Assembly (NCBI GenBank): GCA_964434465.1
Contig: CAYSWG010000003.1
Location: 1 to 33,653 of the forward strand
DNA from: an uncultured Geobacteraceae bacterium
Lineage (GTDB): Bacteria > Desulfobacterota > Desulfuromonadia > Geobacterales > Geobacteraceae
Direction of reading: 5' to 3'
Length of the DNA: 33,653 nucleotides
The position numbers and the translations under genes were made by a program. Under the pieces are notes generated by a model that was not told where the DNA came from, made no database searches, and saw nothing but the letters and a program-made list of their open reading frames with translations. Below, piece by piece: positions 17,503-25,598 of the stretch (positions are counted from its first letter, which is position 1; every line of letters begins with the position of its first letter).

Positions 17503-19284
17503 ATGAATAGCAGGATTATCATTGTCGGGGGCGGCCTGGCTGGCCTCATGGCGGCAATCAAAGTTGCCGAGGCCGGCGGTCATGTTGATCTGTTTTCCCT
17601 CGTGCCGGTGCGTCGTTCCCATTCCGTGTGTGCCCAGGGCGGGATCAACGGTTGTGTGCAACCGACACGGGAAGGTGATACCCCGGACGAGCATTTTGAT
17701 GATACCGTTTATGGCGGTGACTTCCTTGCCAACCAGACACCGGTGCGGAACATGTGCCACGCTGCGCCTGCCATCATCAAACTCATGGATCGAATGGGGG
17801 TCATGTTCAACCGGACACCCGAGGGCAATCTGGATTTCCGGGCCTTTGGCGGGGCAAAGTATCGCCGGACCGCTTTTTCCGGGGCTACTACGGGCCAGCA
17901 GTTGCTCTATGCCCTGGATGAGCAGGTCCGTCGCTTCGAGGTTGCCGGAAACATTACCAAGTACGAGTTCTGGGAGTTCCTGGGTGCGGTAATGGACGAT
18001 GACGGTGTCTGCCGGGGAATTTCCGCCCTTGACATGCGGACCCTTGCCGTACAGGTGTTTTCTGCCGATGCGGTGATCATGGCGACCGGTGGCCCGGGTG
18101 TTATCTTCGGCAGATCCACCAATTCGGTTATCAATACGGGCGCCGCGGCGGCAGCCTTGTATACACAAGGGGCCCGCTTTGCCAATGGCGAGTTCATCCA
18201 GGTACACCCCACTTCCATCCAGGGAATCGACAAGCTGCGCCTCATGTCTGAATCAGCCCGCGGTGAGGGCGGCCGGATCTGGACCTACAAGGATGGGAAA
18301 CCGTGGTATTTCCTGGAAGAGAAGTATCCTGCCTATGGTAACCTGGTTCCTCGTGATATTGCCACCCGGGAGATCTTTTCTGTCTGCGTCGACCAGAAGC
18401 TGGGTATTGACGGCAAGAACCAGGTATATCTGGACCTGACCCACCTCCCTGCAGAGTATCTCGATCGAAAGCTGGGCGGGATTCTGGAGATTTACGAGAA
18501 GTTTACCGGTGAGGATCCTCGCAGGAAACCCATGCGCGTGTTCCCCGGAGTTCATTATTCCATGGGAGGCCTGTGGGTCGATTCCAGGCATATGACCAAC
18601 ATTCCCGGTCTTTTTGCCGTTGGCGAGTGCGAATATCAGTACCACGGCGCCAACCGTCTTGGCGCCAATGCGCTCTTGTCCTGTATCTATTCGGGGATGG
18701 TTGCCGGCCCTGCCGCCATGGGTTTCGCACAGGGTTTGTCCAGCGCCTCGGCGGGGACATCCGGTGAATGGTTTGTCAGGGAAAAGCGTCGTCACGAAGA
18801 GGAGTTTGCAGCGCTTTTCCGGATGGATGGCGCCGGGAATCCCTATCGCATGGCCCAGGAGCTCGGTGCATTGATGACGGAAAATGTAACCGTTGTCCGT
18901 TACAATGACCGCTTGAAGGCTACTGATGAAAAATTGCAGGAGTTCCAGAAGCGCTGGCATGGCCTGGGGGTTCTTGATACTTCCCGGGGTACGGCCAATC
19001 AGTCAGTCCAGTTTGTCCGCCAGTTAAAGTACATGCTGGAGCTGGCCCGGGTCATCACCGTCGGCGCACTGCTCCGTGACGAGTCCCGCGGCGCCCATTA
19101 CAAGCCTGATTTTCCTGAACGTGATGATGATACTTTCCTGAAAACGACCATTGCCGCCTACTCATCTTCCGGTCCGCGCATCTCCTATGAGGAGGTTGAA
19201 ACCGCCTACATCGCGCCGCGTCCCCGGGTTTATACTGTGGATAAACAGTCAAGCGGCATTTCCGGAGGTGACACGCATGCCTGA
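17503..19284 (+). CDS. sdhA: succinate dehydrogenase/fumarate reductase flavoprotein subunit
   Basis: 'IIIVGGGLAGLMAA', 'RSHSVCAQGGIN' (FAD-linking His), 'HYSMGGLWVD', 'ESRGAHYKPDFPERDD'. Near-collinear with B. subtilis SdhA as recalled. GGAG precedes ATG 17503. Confidence 0.95.
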   Translation: MNSRIIIVGGGLAGLMAAIKVAEAGGHVDLFSLVPVRRSHSVCAQGGINGCVQPTREGDTPDEHFDDTVYGGDFLANQTPVRNMCHAAPAIIKLMDRMGVMFNRTPEGNLDFRAFGGAKYRRTAFSGATTGQQLLYALDEQVRRFEVAGNITKYEFWEFLGAVMDDDGVCRGISALDMRTLAVQVFSADAVIMATGGPGVIFGRSTNSVINTGAAAAALYTQGARFANGEFIQVHPTSIQGIDKLRLMSESARGEGGRIWTYKDGKPWYFLEEKYPAYGNLVPRDIATREIFSVCVDQKLGIDGKNQVYLDLTHLPAEYLDRKLGGILEIYEKFTGEDPRRKPMRVFPGVHYSMGGLWVDSRHMTNIPGLFAVGECEYQYHGANRLGANALLSCIYSGMVAGPAAMGFAQGLSSASAGTSGEWFVREKRRHEEEFAALFRMDGAGNPYRMAQELGALMTENVTVVRYNDRLKATDEKLQEFQKRWHGLGVLDTSRGTANQSVQFVRQLKYMLELARVITVGALLRDESRGAHYKPDFPERDDDTFLKTTIAAYSSSGPRISYEEVETAYIAPRPRVYTVDKQSSGISGGDTHA

Positions 19285-20026
19285 CCGACAGATCACCCTG
19301 AAAATAAAGAGACAGGATTCGCCCGCATCCGCTCCCTATTGGGAAGAGTTCACTATCCCCTATGAAACAGGTCATAACGTCATCTCCGTGCTCATGGAGA
19401 TTCAGAAGAATCCCGTTAATGCCCACGGCAAGGCAACAGCGCCGGTTGTCTGGGAATGCAATTGCCTGGAGGAGATTTGCGGTGCCTGCACCATGCTCAT
19501 TAATGGCGAGGTTCGCCAGGCATGTTCAACGCTGGTCGACACGGCAGGCGGCAGACTGACTCTTGAACCGCTTACCAAGTTTCCCGTTGTCCGGGACCTG
19601 CATGTTGATCGATCACGGATGTTTGAAGCACTGAAGAAGGTCAGCGCCTGGATACCCATAGACGGAACCTATGACTTGGGCGAAGGGCCACGGATGGCCC
19701 CCAGGGACCAGGAGGAAGGGTATCGGCTTGCCAGGTGCATGACCTGCGGTTGCTGCATGGAGGCCTGCCCCCAGTATAATTCCCATTCCACATTCATCGG
19801 TCCTTCTCCCATCGCCCAGGTTCGCCTGTTTAATCTCCATCCAACGGGCGACATGACCCGTGATGAGCGTCTCGAGACCCTCATGGGTGAGGGGGGCATT
19901 GCCGAGTGCGGTAATGCCCAGAACTGTGTCAGGGTCTGCCCCAAAGAGGTTCCCCTGACGAAAACCCTGGCGGAATTGAACAAGGACGTTAACCTGTATG
20001 GCTTTTTCGGCATGCTGAAAAAATAG
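19277..20026 (+). CDS. sdhB: succinate dehydrogenase/fumarate reductase iron-sulfur subunit
   Basis: Cys clusters 'CNCLEEICGACTMLING', 'CMTCGCCMEACP', 'CGNAQNCVRVCP'. GGAGGTG SD (19264-19270) precedes ATG 19277. There is an 8-nt overlap with the sdhA stop. Confidence 0.95.
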   Translation: MPDRQITLKIKRQDSPASAPYWEEFTIPYETGHNVISVLMEIQKNPVNAHGKATAPVVWECNCLEEICGACTMLINGEVRQACSTLVDTAGGRLTLEPLTKFPVVRDLHVDRSRMFEALKKVSAWIPIDGTYDLGEGPRMAPRDQEEGYRLARCMTCGCCMEACPQYNSHSTFIGPSPIAQVRLFNLHPTGDMTRDERLETLMGEGGIAECGNAQNCVRVCPKEVPLTKTLAELNKDVNLYGFFGMLKK

Positions 20027-20037
20027 TTTTTGTTGTT

Positions 20038-20076
20038 GTCGTGACCGGTCAGGCGGGCTCTTTGTCCGCCCACGAC
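20038..20076 (+). other. imperfect GC-rich hairpin after sdhB (possible operon terminator lacking a U-tract)
   Basis: GTCGTG (20038-20043) pairs with CACGAC (20071-20076), with an inner GGCGG (20052-20056)/CCGCC (20066-20070) stem. No T run follows. Confidence 0.3.
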
Positions 20077-20091
20077 GTCTGAAGGGCCGCA

Positions 20092-21011
20092 ATGGACGTT
20101 TCATATGCACGATTGCGATTCACATTGCGCCTGGAGGCGCCCGTCGCCGACCCTTTTGCCCTTTTTGTTCTCAAGGGTAGTTTTCCGTCAGCGTTCCGCT
20201 CGGTCGTTTGCCCTGATCCTTCTTTCTGCAGGGGCTGCAGCGACCAGGAGTCGTGCCCGTATCATGCCACGTTCAGCCAGGCGCTTGCCCCGGATCCCGA
20301 GGCGGTGCGGCGTCACCAGAAACCCTCACTGCCCTTTGTCTTCCAGATACCTGTTCTTCCTGTTGTCAGGCCGGCGAGGTTTTTTCCTTCGAACTGGTAG
20401 TGCTTGGAACCGCTGTTTACCATGCAGCGGTCTATTGCAAAGTTCTTATCACCATGTTCGACGGCTGGTATCAATCACTGAATCTGCCCGCCAGACTGAT
20501 AAGGATTGATTCTGTCGGTTGTTCACAGTGCCTCCTGCAGATCTACGGGGAAGGTGTTCCGACGCTTCTGGAGCAGTTTGCTATTGGAACACTTCATGAT
20601 CTTCTCGCTCTGCACACCCTCGCCCCTGACCGGGTCAATATTCTGCTCAAGACGCCTCTGCGCTGCGTTTCTTCCGGTCACCTGCTTAGAGAATTTTCTT
20701 TTTCTCCCTTTATCCGGAGTCTGCTGCGCCGGGTTTCCTCTCTTGCCTATTACTATTGCGGAGCGGTGCTTCCCCTTGATTACCCATTTCTTGCTTCAGC
20801 AAGCACTTCAGTGGTGTCGGTTGCAAATTCAGTTCGGTGGCACCATGCTTCTTCGGGCGGCGTTGACGGTCTGCGAGGCAACGTTTCCTTGCAAGGTGAC
20901 CTGACGGAGTTTTACCCGGTACTTCTCATGGGAGAACTGGTTAACTGTGGCAAAGATGCGCCCTATGGCCGTGGACAATTTCTTCTTGCGCCAGCAGCAG
21001 GTGGCGATTAA
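20092..21011 (+). pseudogene. Cas6/RAMP-like protein (DUF2276 / Cas6 C-terminal-type family as recalled), split by a frameshift, with no CRISPR array nearby
   Basis: Two overlapping ORFs, 20092-20400 (frame 1) and 20253-21011 (frame 3), read as one ~305-aa protein if one nt is restored near 20365-20385. N-terminus 'YARLRFTLRLEAP...LKGSF...VC...CRGC...CPY', then 'PFVFQIP', 'LLKTPLRCVSSG', and a C-terminal Gly-rich RAMP loop 'VNCGKDAPYGRGQFLL'. Confidence 0.55.
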
Positions 21012-21039
21012 GGTAGGTGATCGCTCTTGGGAGGCATGT

Positions 21040-22140
21040 ATGGTTCAGGTCCGGTTGCTGAAATTTCTTGATCGTTGTGTGGGTGCGGCCGCAGTATGGG
21101 GTCTGCCCCGTCCGACTGCCTCCGGAATGGACGTTCCCCGGAAGTTCCTGATCATTCGACCGGGAGGGATAGGGGACGCCGTATTGCTGATACCTGCCAT
21201 CAGGGTTCTGTACGATAATTATCCCGGCGCTGAAATTACGGTGCTGGCGGAGCAGCGTAACGGTGCAATCTTTTCGTTCTGTCCCTTCGTAACCCGGATT
21301 CTGTTGTATGATCGCCCGAAAGATCTCCGTAAAGCAGTCTCGGATACCTATGATGTTATTATTGATACAGAGCAGTGGCATCGCCTGTCGGCGGTGTACG
21401 CTCGATTTGCCGGTGCGGCCATGCGCATGGGTTTTGATACCAACGGGCGCCGACGCCTCTTCACCCATGCCATTCCCTATAGTCATGATACCTACGAAGC
21501 CGAGAGTTTCCTCACTCTTCTGGAACCGCTCGGGTGCAGTGGATCCTGGCCCAGCGCAACTCCCTTTCTCCAGATACCGGAACCCGCATTGCAGCAAGCC
21601 GACAGGTTGATGAAATCATTGCCGGGCAAAACCCATGTTGTCCTGTTTCCAGGCGCCAGTATTCCGGAGAGACGCTGGGGCGCCGAACGGTTTCATGAAC
21701 TGGCCCGGCGACTCTGTCGGCATGGCCTGCATGTAATCGTAATCGGTGGTCCTGGTGATGCCGCAGCAGGAGATGCCATTGTCGCCGATGGCAATGGTGT
21801 CAGTCTGGCCGGCAGAACTTCCCTGGCTGAGACGGCCGCAGTTCTGTCCCGGGCATCGTTGCTGGTAACGGGCGATTCCGGCATGTTACACCTTGCTGTG
21901 GGTCTGGATGTGCCTACCGTATCCCTGTTTGGTCCGGGAATTGCCAAGAAATGGGCTCCCCGTGGCAACCGGCACCGTGTTTTGAACAGAAATTTAGACT
22001 GCTCGCCCTGCACCCGATTTGGCACCACTCCAGCCTGTCCGCTTGATGCCCGGTGTCTGAAAGAAATCGACTGTGATGCGGTGGAGCAGGCTGTCGTTGA
22101 GTTGCTCACCTTCTGCGGGGTGAAGCTCTGCTGCAAGTGA
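21040..22140 (+). CDS. glycosyltransferase family 9 (heptosyltransferase-like)
   Basis: 'FLIIRPGGIGDAVLLIPAIRVL', 'VVLFPGASIPERRWGAERF', 'GDSGMLHLAVGLDVPTVSLFGP'. GGGAGG SD (21029-21034) precedes ATG 21040, which is chosen over the ORF-track start at 20947. Confidence 0.8.
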   Translation: MVQVRLLKFLDRCVGAAAVWGLPRPTASGMDVPRKFLIIRPGGIGDAVLLIPAIRVLYDNYPGAEITVLAEQRNGAIFSFCPFVTRILLYDRPKDLRKAVSDTYDVIIDTEQWHRLSAVYARFAGAAMRMGFDTNGRRRLFTHAIPYSHDTYEAESFLTLLEPLGCSGSWPSATPFLQIPEPALQQADRLMKSLPGKTHVVLFPGASIPERRWGAERFHELARRLCRHGLHVIVIGGPGDAAAGDAIVADGNGVSLAGRTSLAETAAVLSRASLLVTGDSGMLHLAVGLDVPTVSLFGPGIAKKWAPRGNRHRVLNRNLDCSPCTRFGTTPACPLDARCLKEIDCDAVEQAVVELLTFCGVKLCCK

Positions 22141-22149
22141 ATAATTTCC

Positions 22150-22179
22150 TTGACATTCACGGATCGACCTGCTAAAAAT
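22150..22179 (+). promoter_or_regulatory. probable sigma-70 promoter for tRNA-Val (and possibly thrS)
   Basis: TTGACA (22150-22155), 17-nt spacer, TAAAAAT (22173-22179), about 17 nt upstream of the mature tRNA 5' end. Confidence 0.5.
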
Positions 22180-22195
22180 CGCGTTGTTTTTATGA

Positions 22196-22270
22196 AGGCG
22201 CGTAGCTCAGGGGTAGAGCACTAGCTCGACACGCTAGGGGTCGGCGGTTCGAAACCGCCCGCGCCTACCA
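22196..22270 (+). tRNA. tRNA-Val (anticodon GAC), encoded CCA, with an unusual C at position 33
   Basis: Hand-folded cloverleaf. Acceptor AGGCGCG/CGCGCCT, D arm GCTC-AGGGGTA-GAGC, anticodon arm CTAGC-TCGACAC-GCTAG, variable GGGTC, T arm GGCGG-TTCGAAA-CCGCC, then A-CCA. Confidence 0.85.
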
Positions 22271-22286
22271 TTCATAAGCCAGCAAC

Positions 22287-22311
22287 AGGGGCATCGAGGT
22301 TCGATGCCTCT
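22287..22311 (+). other. stem-loop between tRNA-Val and thrS (tRNA terminator and/or thrS leader element)
   Basis: AGGGGCATC(GA)-GGT-(TC)GATGCCTCT forms 9-11 bp, followed by weak T-rich CTTTCTGTT. It lies ~20 nt upstream of the thrS ATG and just before its GGGGAGAG SD. Confidence 0.4.
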
Positions 22312-22332
22312 TTCTGTTAGGGGAGAGCGTAC

Positions 22333-24243
22333 ATGAGTGAGATCAGGATTACACTTCCGGACGGTTCACAAAAAGCACTTGCTGAAGATGCAACCGTTCT
22401 GGAACTGGCGCGGACAATCGGCGCCGGTCTCGCTAAAAACGCGCTTGCCGGTAAAATCAATGGAGAGCTTGCCGATATTACTGCCCGGTTGCATGATGGA
22501 GACCGTGTCGAGATAATCACGGACAAGAGTCCGGAGGCCTTGGAGGTAGTCAGGCATTCCACGTCTCACCTCATGGCCCATGCGGTAAAGAGCCTGTTTC
22601 CCGAGGCCAAGGTGACAATCGGACCGGCCATTGAGAATGGTTTTTACTATGATTTTGATGTGGATGCGCCCTTCAGTCCGGAAGATCTTGATGCCATCGA
22701 AGCAAAGATGCGTGAACTTGCCAAGGCGAATATTGCCGTTCAACGACAGGTGCTGACCAAGGTTGATGCGGTCAAGCTGTTCAAGGACATGGGAGAGGAC
22801 TATAAGGTCGAGTTACTGGAAGATCTGGATGCTGAATCGGTTTCCCTCTACCGACAGGGTGATTTTGTCGACTTGTGCCGAGGTCCCCATCTTCCTTCCA
22901 CTGTTTTCTGTAAGGCGTTCAAACTAACTTCCATTGCCGGCGCTTACTGGCGGGGTGATGAGACGCGCAAAATGCTGCAAAGGATTTATGGTACCGCGTT
23001 TGCCGATAAAAAACAGCTCGATGACTATCTTGCCCGTCTTGAAGAAGCCAAGCGTCGAGATCATCGCAAGATTGGCCGGGAACTTGATCTTTTTTCATTT
23101 TCCGACGAGGTTGGTGCAGGCCTGGTGATCTGGCATCCCAAGGGTGCCATGCTGCGGACCATTCTTGAGGATTTCGAGCGCCGCGAGCACGTAAAACGCG
23201 GGTATGACATTGTGCTTGGTCCGCAGATCCTGAAGCAGGAGTTGTGGCAGCGCTCCGGTCATTATGAAAACTATCGGGAAAATATGTATTTTACCGAGGT
23301 AGATGGGCAGAGTTACGGCATCAAGCCCATGAACTGCCTGGCCCACATGATGATCTACAAGTCACAACTGCGCAGCTACCGTGATTTGCCGCTCCGCTTT
23401 TTTGAGCTTGGTACCGTGCATCGCCATGAACGCGCCGGGGTGCTCCACGGCCTGTTGCGGGTACGCGGATTCACCCAGGATGATGCCCATATTCTCTGCA
23501 TGCCTGAGCAACTCGATGGGGAGATCAAGGGTGTCATCGCCTTCGTCAATGATGTGATGGGTATTTTCGGTTTCGAATACGAAATGGAATTGTCAACCCG
23601 ACCGGAGAAGTCCATCGGCAGTGATGAAGATTGGGAGCGTGCCACCAACGCGTTGCGGGCCGCCCTGGAGGAGTCTGGGCGTCCCTTCGATATCAACGAA
23701 GGCGACGGCGCATTCTATGGGCCGAAAATAGATATCAAGCTGCGCGACGCCCTTGACAGAAAATGGCAATGTGCTACAATCCAGTGCGATTTTACGCTCC
23801 CCGATCGTTTTGACCTGACGTATGTCGCGGCAAACGGTGAGCGCAAACGGCCCGTCATGGTCCATCGGGTTATTCTCGGCGCCATTGAACGGTTCATTGG
23901 TGTTCTCATAGAGCACTACGCCGGTAATTTCCCGCTGTGGCTTGCACCGGTTCAAGGCATGATTCTGACCGTAACCGACAGTCAAATCCCCTATGCTCAA
24001 GGGGTATTTACCTCTCTGCGAAATGCGGGTATCCGTGTCCAGCACGATTTCCGCAATGAAAAGTTGGGGTTCAAAATCCGCGAGGCCCAGTTGCAGAGGG
24101 TTCCCTACATGTTCGTCATTGGTGATAATGAGGTTGCATCCGGAACCGTCACGCCGCGTTACCGCGATGGTCGGAATTTACCGGCTATGCAGGTTTCCGA
24201 GCTTATAGAGTTTCTAGAACAGGAAGCAAAACGCTTTAATTAG
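22333..24243 (+). CDS. thrS: threonyl-tRNA synthetase
   Basis: 636 aa. N-terminal TGS domain 'ITLPDGS', '[12 protein letters not shown]', '[10 protein letters not shown]', '[25 protein letters not shown]', '[14 protein letters not shown]'. Confidence 0.97.
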   Translation: MSEIRITLPDGSQKALAEDATVLELARTIGAGLAKNALAGKINGELADITARLHDGDRVEIITDKSPEALEVVRHSTSHLMAHAVKSLFPEAKVTIGPAIENGFYYDFDVDAPFSPEDLDAIEAKMRELAKANIAVQRQVLTKVDAVKLFKDMGEDYKVELLEDLDAESVSLYRQGDFVDLCRGPHLPSTVFCKAFKLTSIAGAYWRGDETRKMLQRIYGTAFADKKQLDDYLARLEEAKRRDHRKIGRELDLFSFSDEVGAGLVIWHPKGAMLRTILEDFERREHVKRGYDIVLGPQILKQELWQRSGHYENYRENMYFTEVDGQSYGIKPMNCLAHMMIYKSQLRSYRDLPLRFFELGTVHRHERAGVLHGLLRVRGFTQDDAHILCMPEQLDGEIKGVIAFVNDVMGIFGFEYEMELSTRPEKSIGSDEDWERATNALRAALEESGRPFDINEGDGAFYGPKIDIKLRDALDRKWQCATIQCDFTLPDRFDLTYVAANGERKRPVMVHRVILGAIERFIGVLIEHYAGNFPLWLAPVQGMILTVTDSQIPYAQGVFTSLRNAGIRVQHDFRNEKLGFKIREAQLQRVPYMFVIGDNEVASGTVTPRYRDGRNLPAMQVSELIEFLEQEAKRFN

Positions 24244-24254
24244 GAGGTGGCGCC

Positions 24255-24767
24255 ATAGCGAAACCCACGGTAAATATCAATCAGGCCATTCGAGCTAAAG
24301 AAGTACGTGTTGTCGGAGCCAACAGTGAACAGCTTGGCATTCTACCGCTCAGGGAAGCATTGGCCCTTGCTGAAAATCAGCAGCTGGATCTTGTGGAGGT
24401 TTCACCCACTGCGGTTCCTCCTGTCTGCCGGATCATGGATTACGGCAAATACAAGTATCAACAGAGTAAGAAGCAACAAGAAGCCAAGAAGAAGCAGATT
24501 CAGATCCAGATCAAGGAAATCAAACTCAGACCGAAAACTGACGAGCATGATCTGCTGTTCAAGATCAAGCACGCCCGCAGATTCATAGAGGAGGGCAATA
24601 AGGCCAAGATTTCCGTGGTCTTCAGGGGCAGGGAAATTACCCATATGGAACTCGGCCAGCAGGTGCTGGATCGTTTTGTGGCGGCCCTTGAGGATATCTG
24701 CACGATTGAAGTAAGGCCAAAAATGGAGGGCCGTAACATGTTCATTATGGTCTCTCCAAAAAAATAA
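24255..24767 (+). CDS. infC: translation initiation factor IF-3, apparent non-canonical AUA start
   Basis: The reading frame opens at 24243 after an in-frame TAG and has no ATG/GTG/TTG before the conserved N-terminus 'AKPTVNINQAIRAKEVRVVG..EQLGI'. ATA 24255 lies 7 nt after GGAGG (24243-24247). The ORF-track 'M' at 24360 is an internal TTG. 'PPVCRIMDYGKYKY' is present. Confidence 0.9.
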   Translation: MAKPTVNINQAIRAKEVRVVGANSEQLGILPLREALALAENQQLDLVEVSPTAVPPVCRIMDYGKYKYQQSKKQQEAKKKQIQIQIKEIKLRPKTDEHDLLFKIKHARRFIEEGNKAKISVVFRGREITHMELGQQVLDRFVAALEDICTIEVRPKMEGRNMFIMVSPKK

Positions 24768-24809
24768 TCATGTTTCCATTACAGTAATCTGGAGCAAAAG
24801 GAGAAAGTG

Positions 24810-25007
24810 ATGCCTAAGATAAAAACAAACAGTGGCGCCGCCAAGCGTTTCAAGAAAACCGGCACCGGCAAGATCAAAAGGAGCCACGGTTTCACCAGCC
24901 ACATATTGACGTCGAAGACGAGAAAGCGTAAGCGGAATCTTCGTCAGGGCGCCCTGGTTGCAGCCGCTGATGCAAAGAATATTGCCAAGCTCATTCCCTA
25001 TATGTAG
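24810..25007 (+). CDS. rpmI: 50S ribosomal protein L35
   Basis: '[24 protein letters not shown]'. AAAGGAGAA SD precedes ATG 24810. Confidence 0.95.
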   Translation: MPKIKTNSGAAKRFKKTGTGKIKRSHGFTSHILTSKTRKRKRNLRQGALVAAADAKNIAKLIPYM

Positions 25008-25095
25008 TATGCGGATACTGTCCGCTTCAAGTCCGTGAACCGTGAGGAACAGTCTCCCCTTGCGGATCCGGCAAAATACCGACAAGGAGTAGAAG

Positions 25096-25449
25096 ATGCC
25101 AAGGGTTAAACGAGGTTTTAAAGCGAGACAAAGAAGAAACAAGGTTCTTAAGCTTGCAAAAGGGTATCGAGGTGCACGCAGTAAGTTGTTCCGTAGTGCT
25201 ACCGAAGCAGTTGATCGGGCATTGAAGTATGCCTATCGTGATCGCAAAGTCAGAAAAAGAGATTTCCGTGCGCTGTGGATTACGAGAATCAACGCGGCAT
25301 CGAGAATCAGCGGTCTTTCTTACAGCAAATTCATCCATGGTTTGAAGCTGGCAAATGTTCAGATCGATCGTAAGGTTCTCGCAGATATCGCCGTTTCCGA
25401 TCCAGCCGCATTCGTCGAAATTACCGCCATGGCAAAATCAGCCATGTAA
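25096..25449 (+). CDS. rplT: 50S ribosomal protein L20
   Basis: '[33 protein letters not shown]'. AAGGAG SD precedes the ATG. Confidence 0.95.
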   Translation: MPRVKRGFKARQRRNKVLKLAKGYRGARSKLFRSATEAVDRALKYAYRDRKVRKRDFRALWITRINAASRISGLSYSKFIHGLKLANVQIDRKVLADIAVSDPAAFVEITAMAKSAM

Positions 25450-25477
25450 GAACTTGTTTGCTAGATTGAAGAGAATT

Positions 25478-25506
25478 GGGATACATCGTATCCCTTTTCT
25501 TTTTTC
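25478..25506 (+). terminator. rho-independent terminator after rplT
   Basis: Stem GGGATAC (25478-25484) pairs with GTATCCC (25488-25494), followed by TTTTCTTTTTTC. Confidence 0.75.
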
Positions 25507-25598
25507 TGAACCAATGTCTTGCAGGCTGTCAGATCGTCTACGGTGAAATTACTGTGCCGGAGATTGTGTACTGAAAGATTACTGGAAGGTAACTGAAT

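Noticed and set aside
17470-18960. Minus-strand ORFs 17470-18207 (245 aa) and 18253-18960 (235 aa) opposite sdhA
   Set aside because: Shadow ORFs. sdhA on the plus strand is near-collinear with B. subtilis SdhA.
20838-20852. Sigma-54-like TGGCAC-N5-TTCT motif
   Set aside because: The -12 element is TTCT rather than TTGC. The site lies inside the Cas6-like coding sequence ~200 nt from the next start, so it is likely a chance match.
20941-21597. 218-aa minus-strand ORF opposite the second GT9 gene
   Set aside because: Shadow ORF with no motifs. The plus-strand GT9 signature explains the region.
25507-25598. Possible pheM-like attenuator leader upstream of pheS
   Set aside because: The only small ORF there (MSCRLSDRLR) has no Phe codons, and no terminator or antiterminator pair is evident after it.
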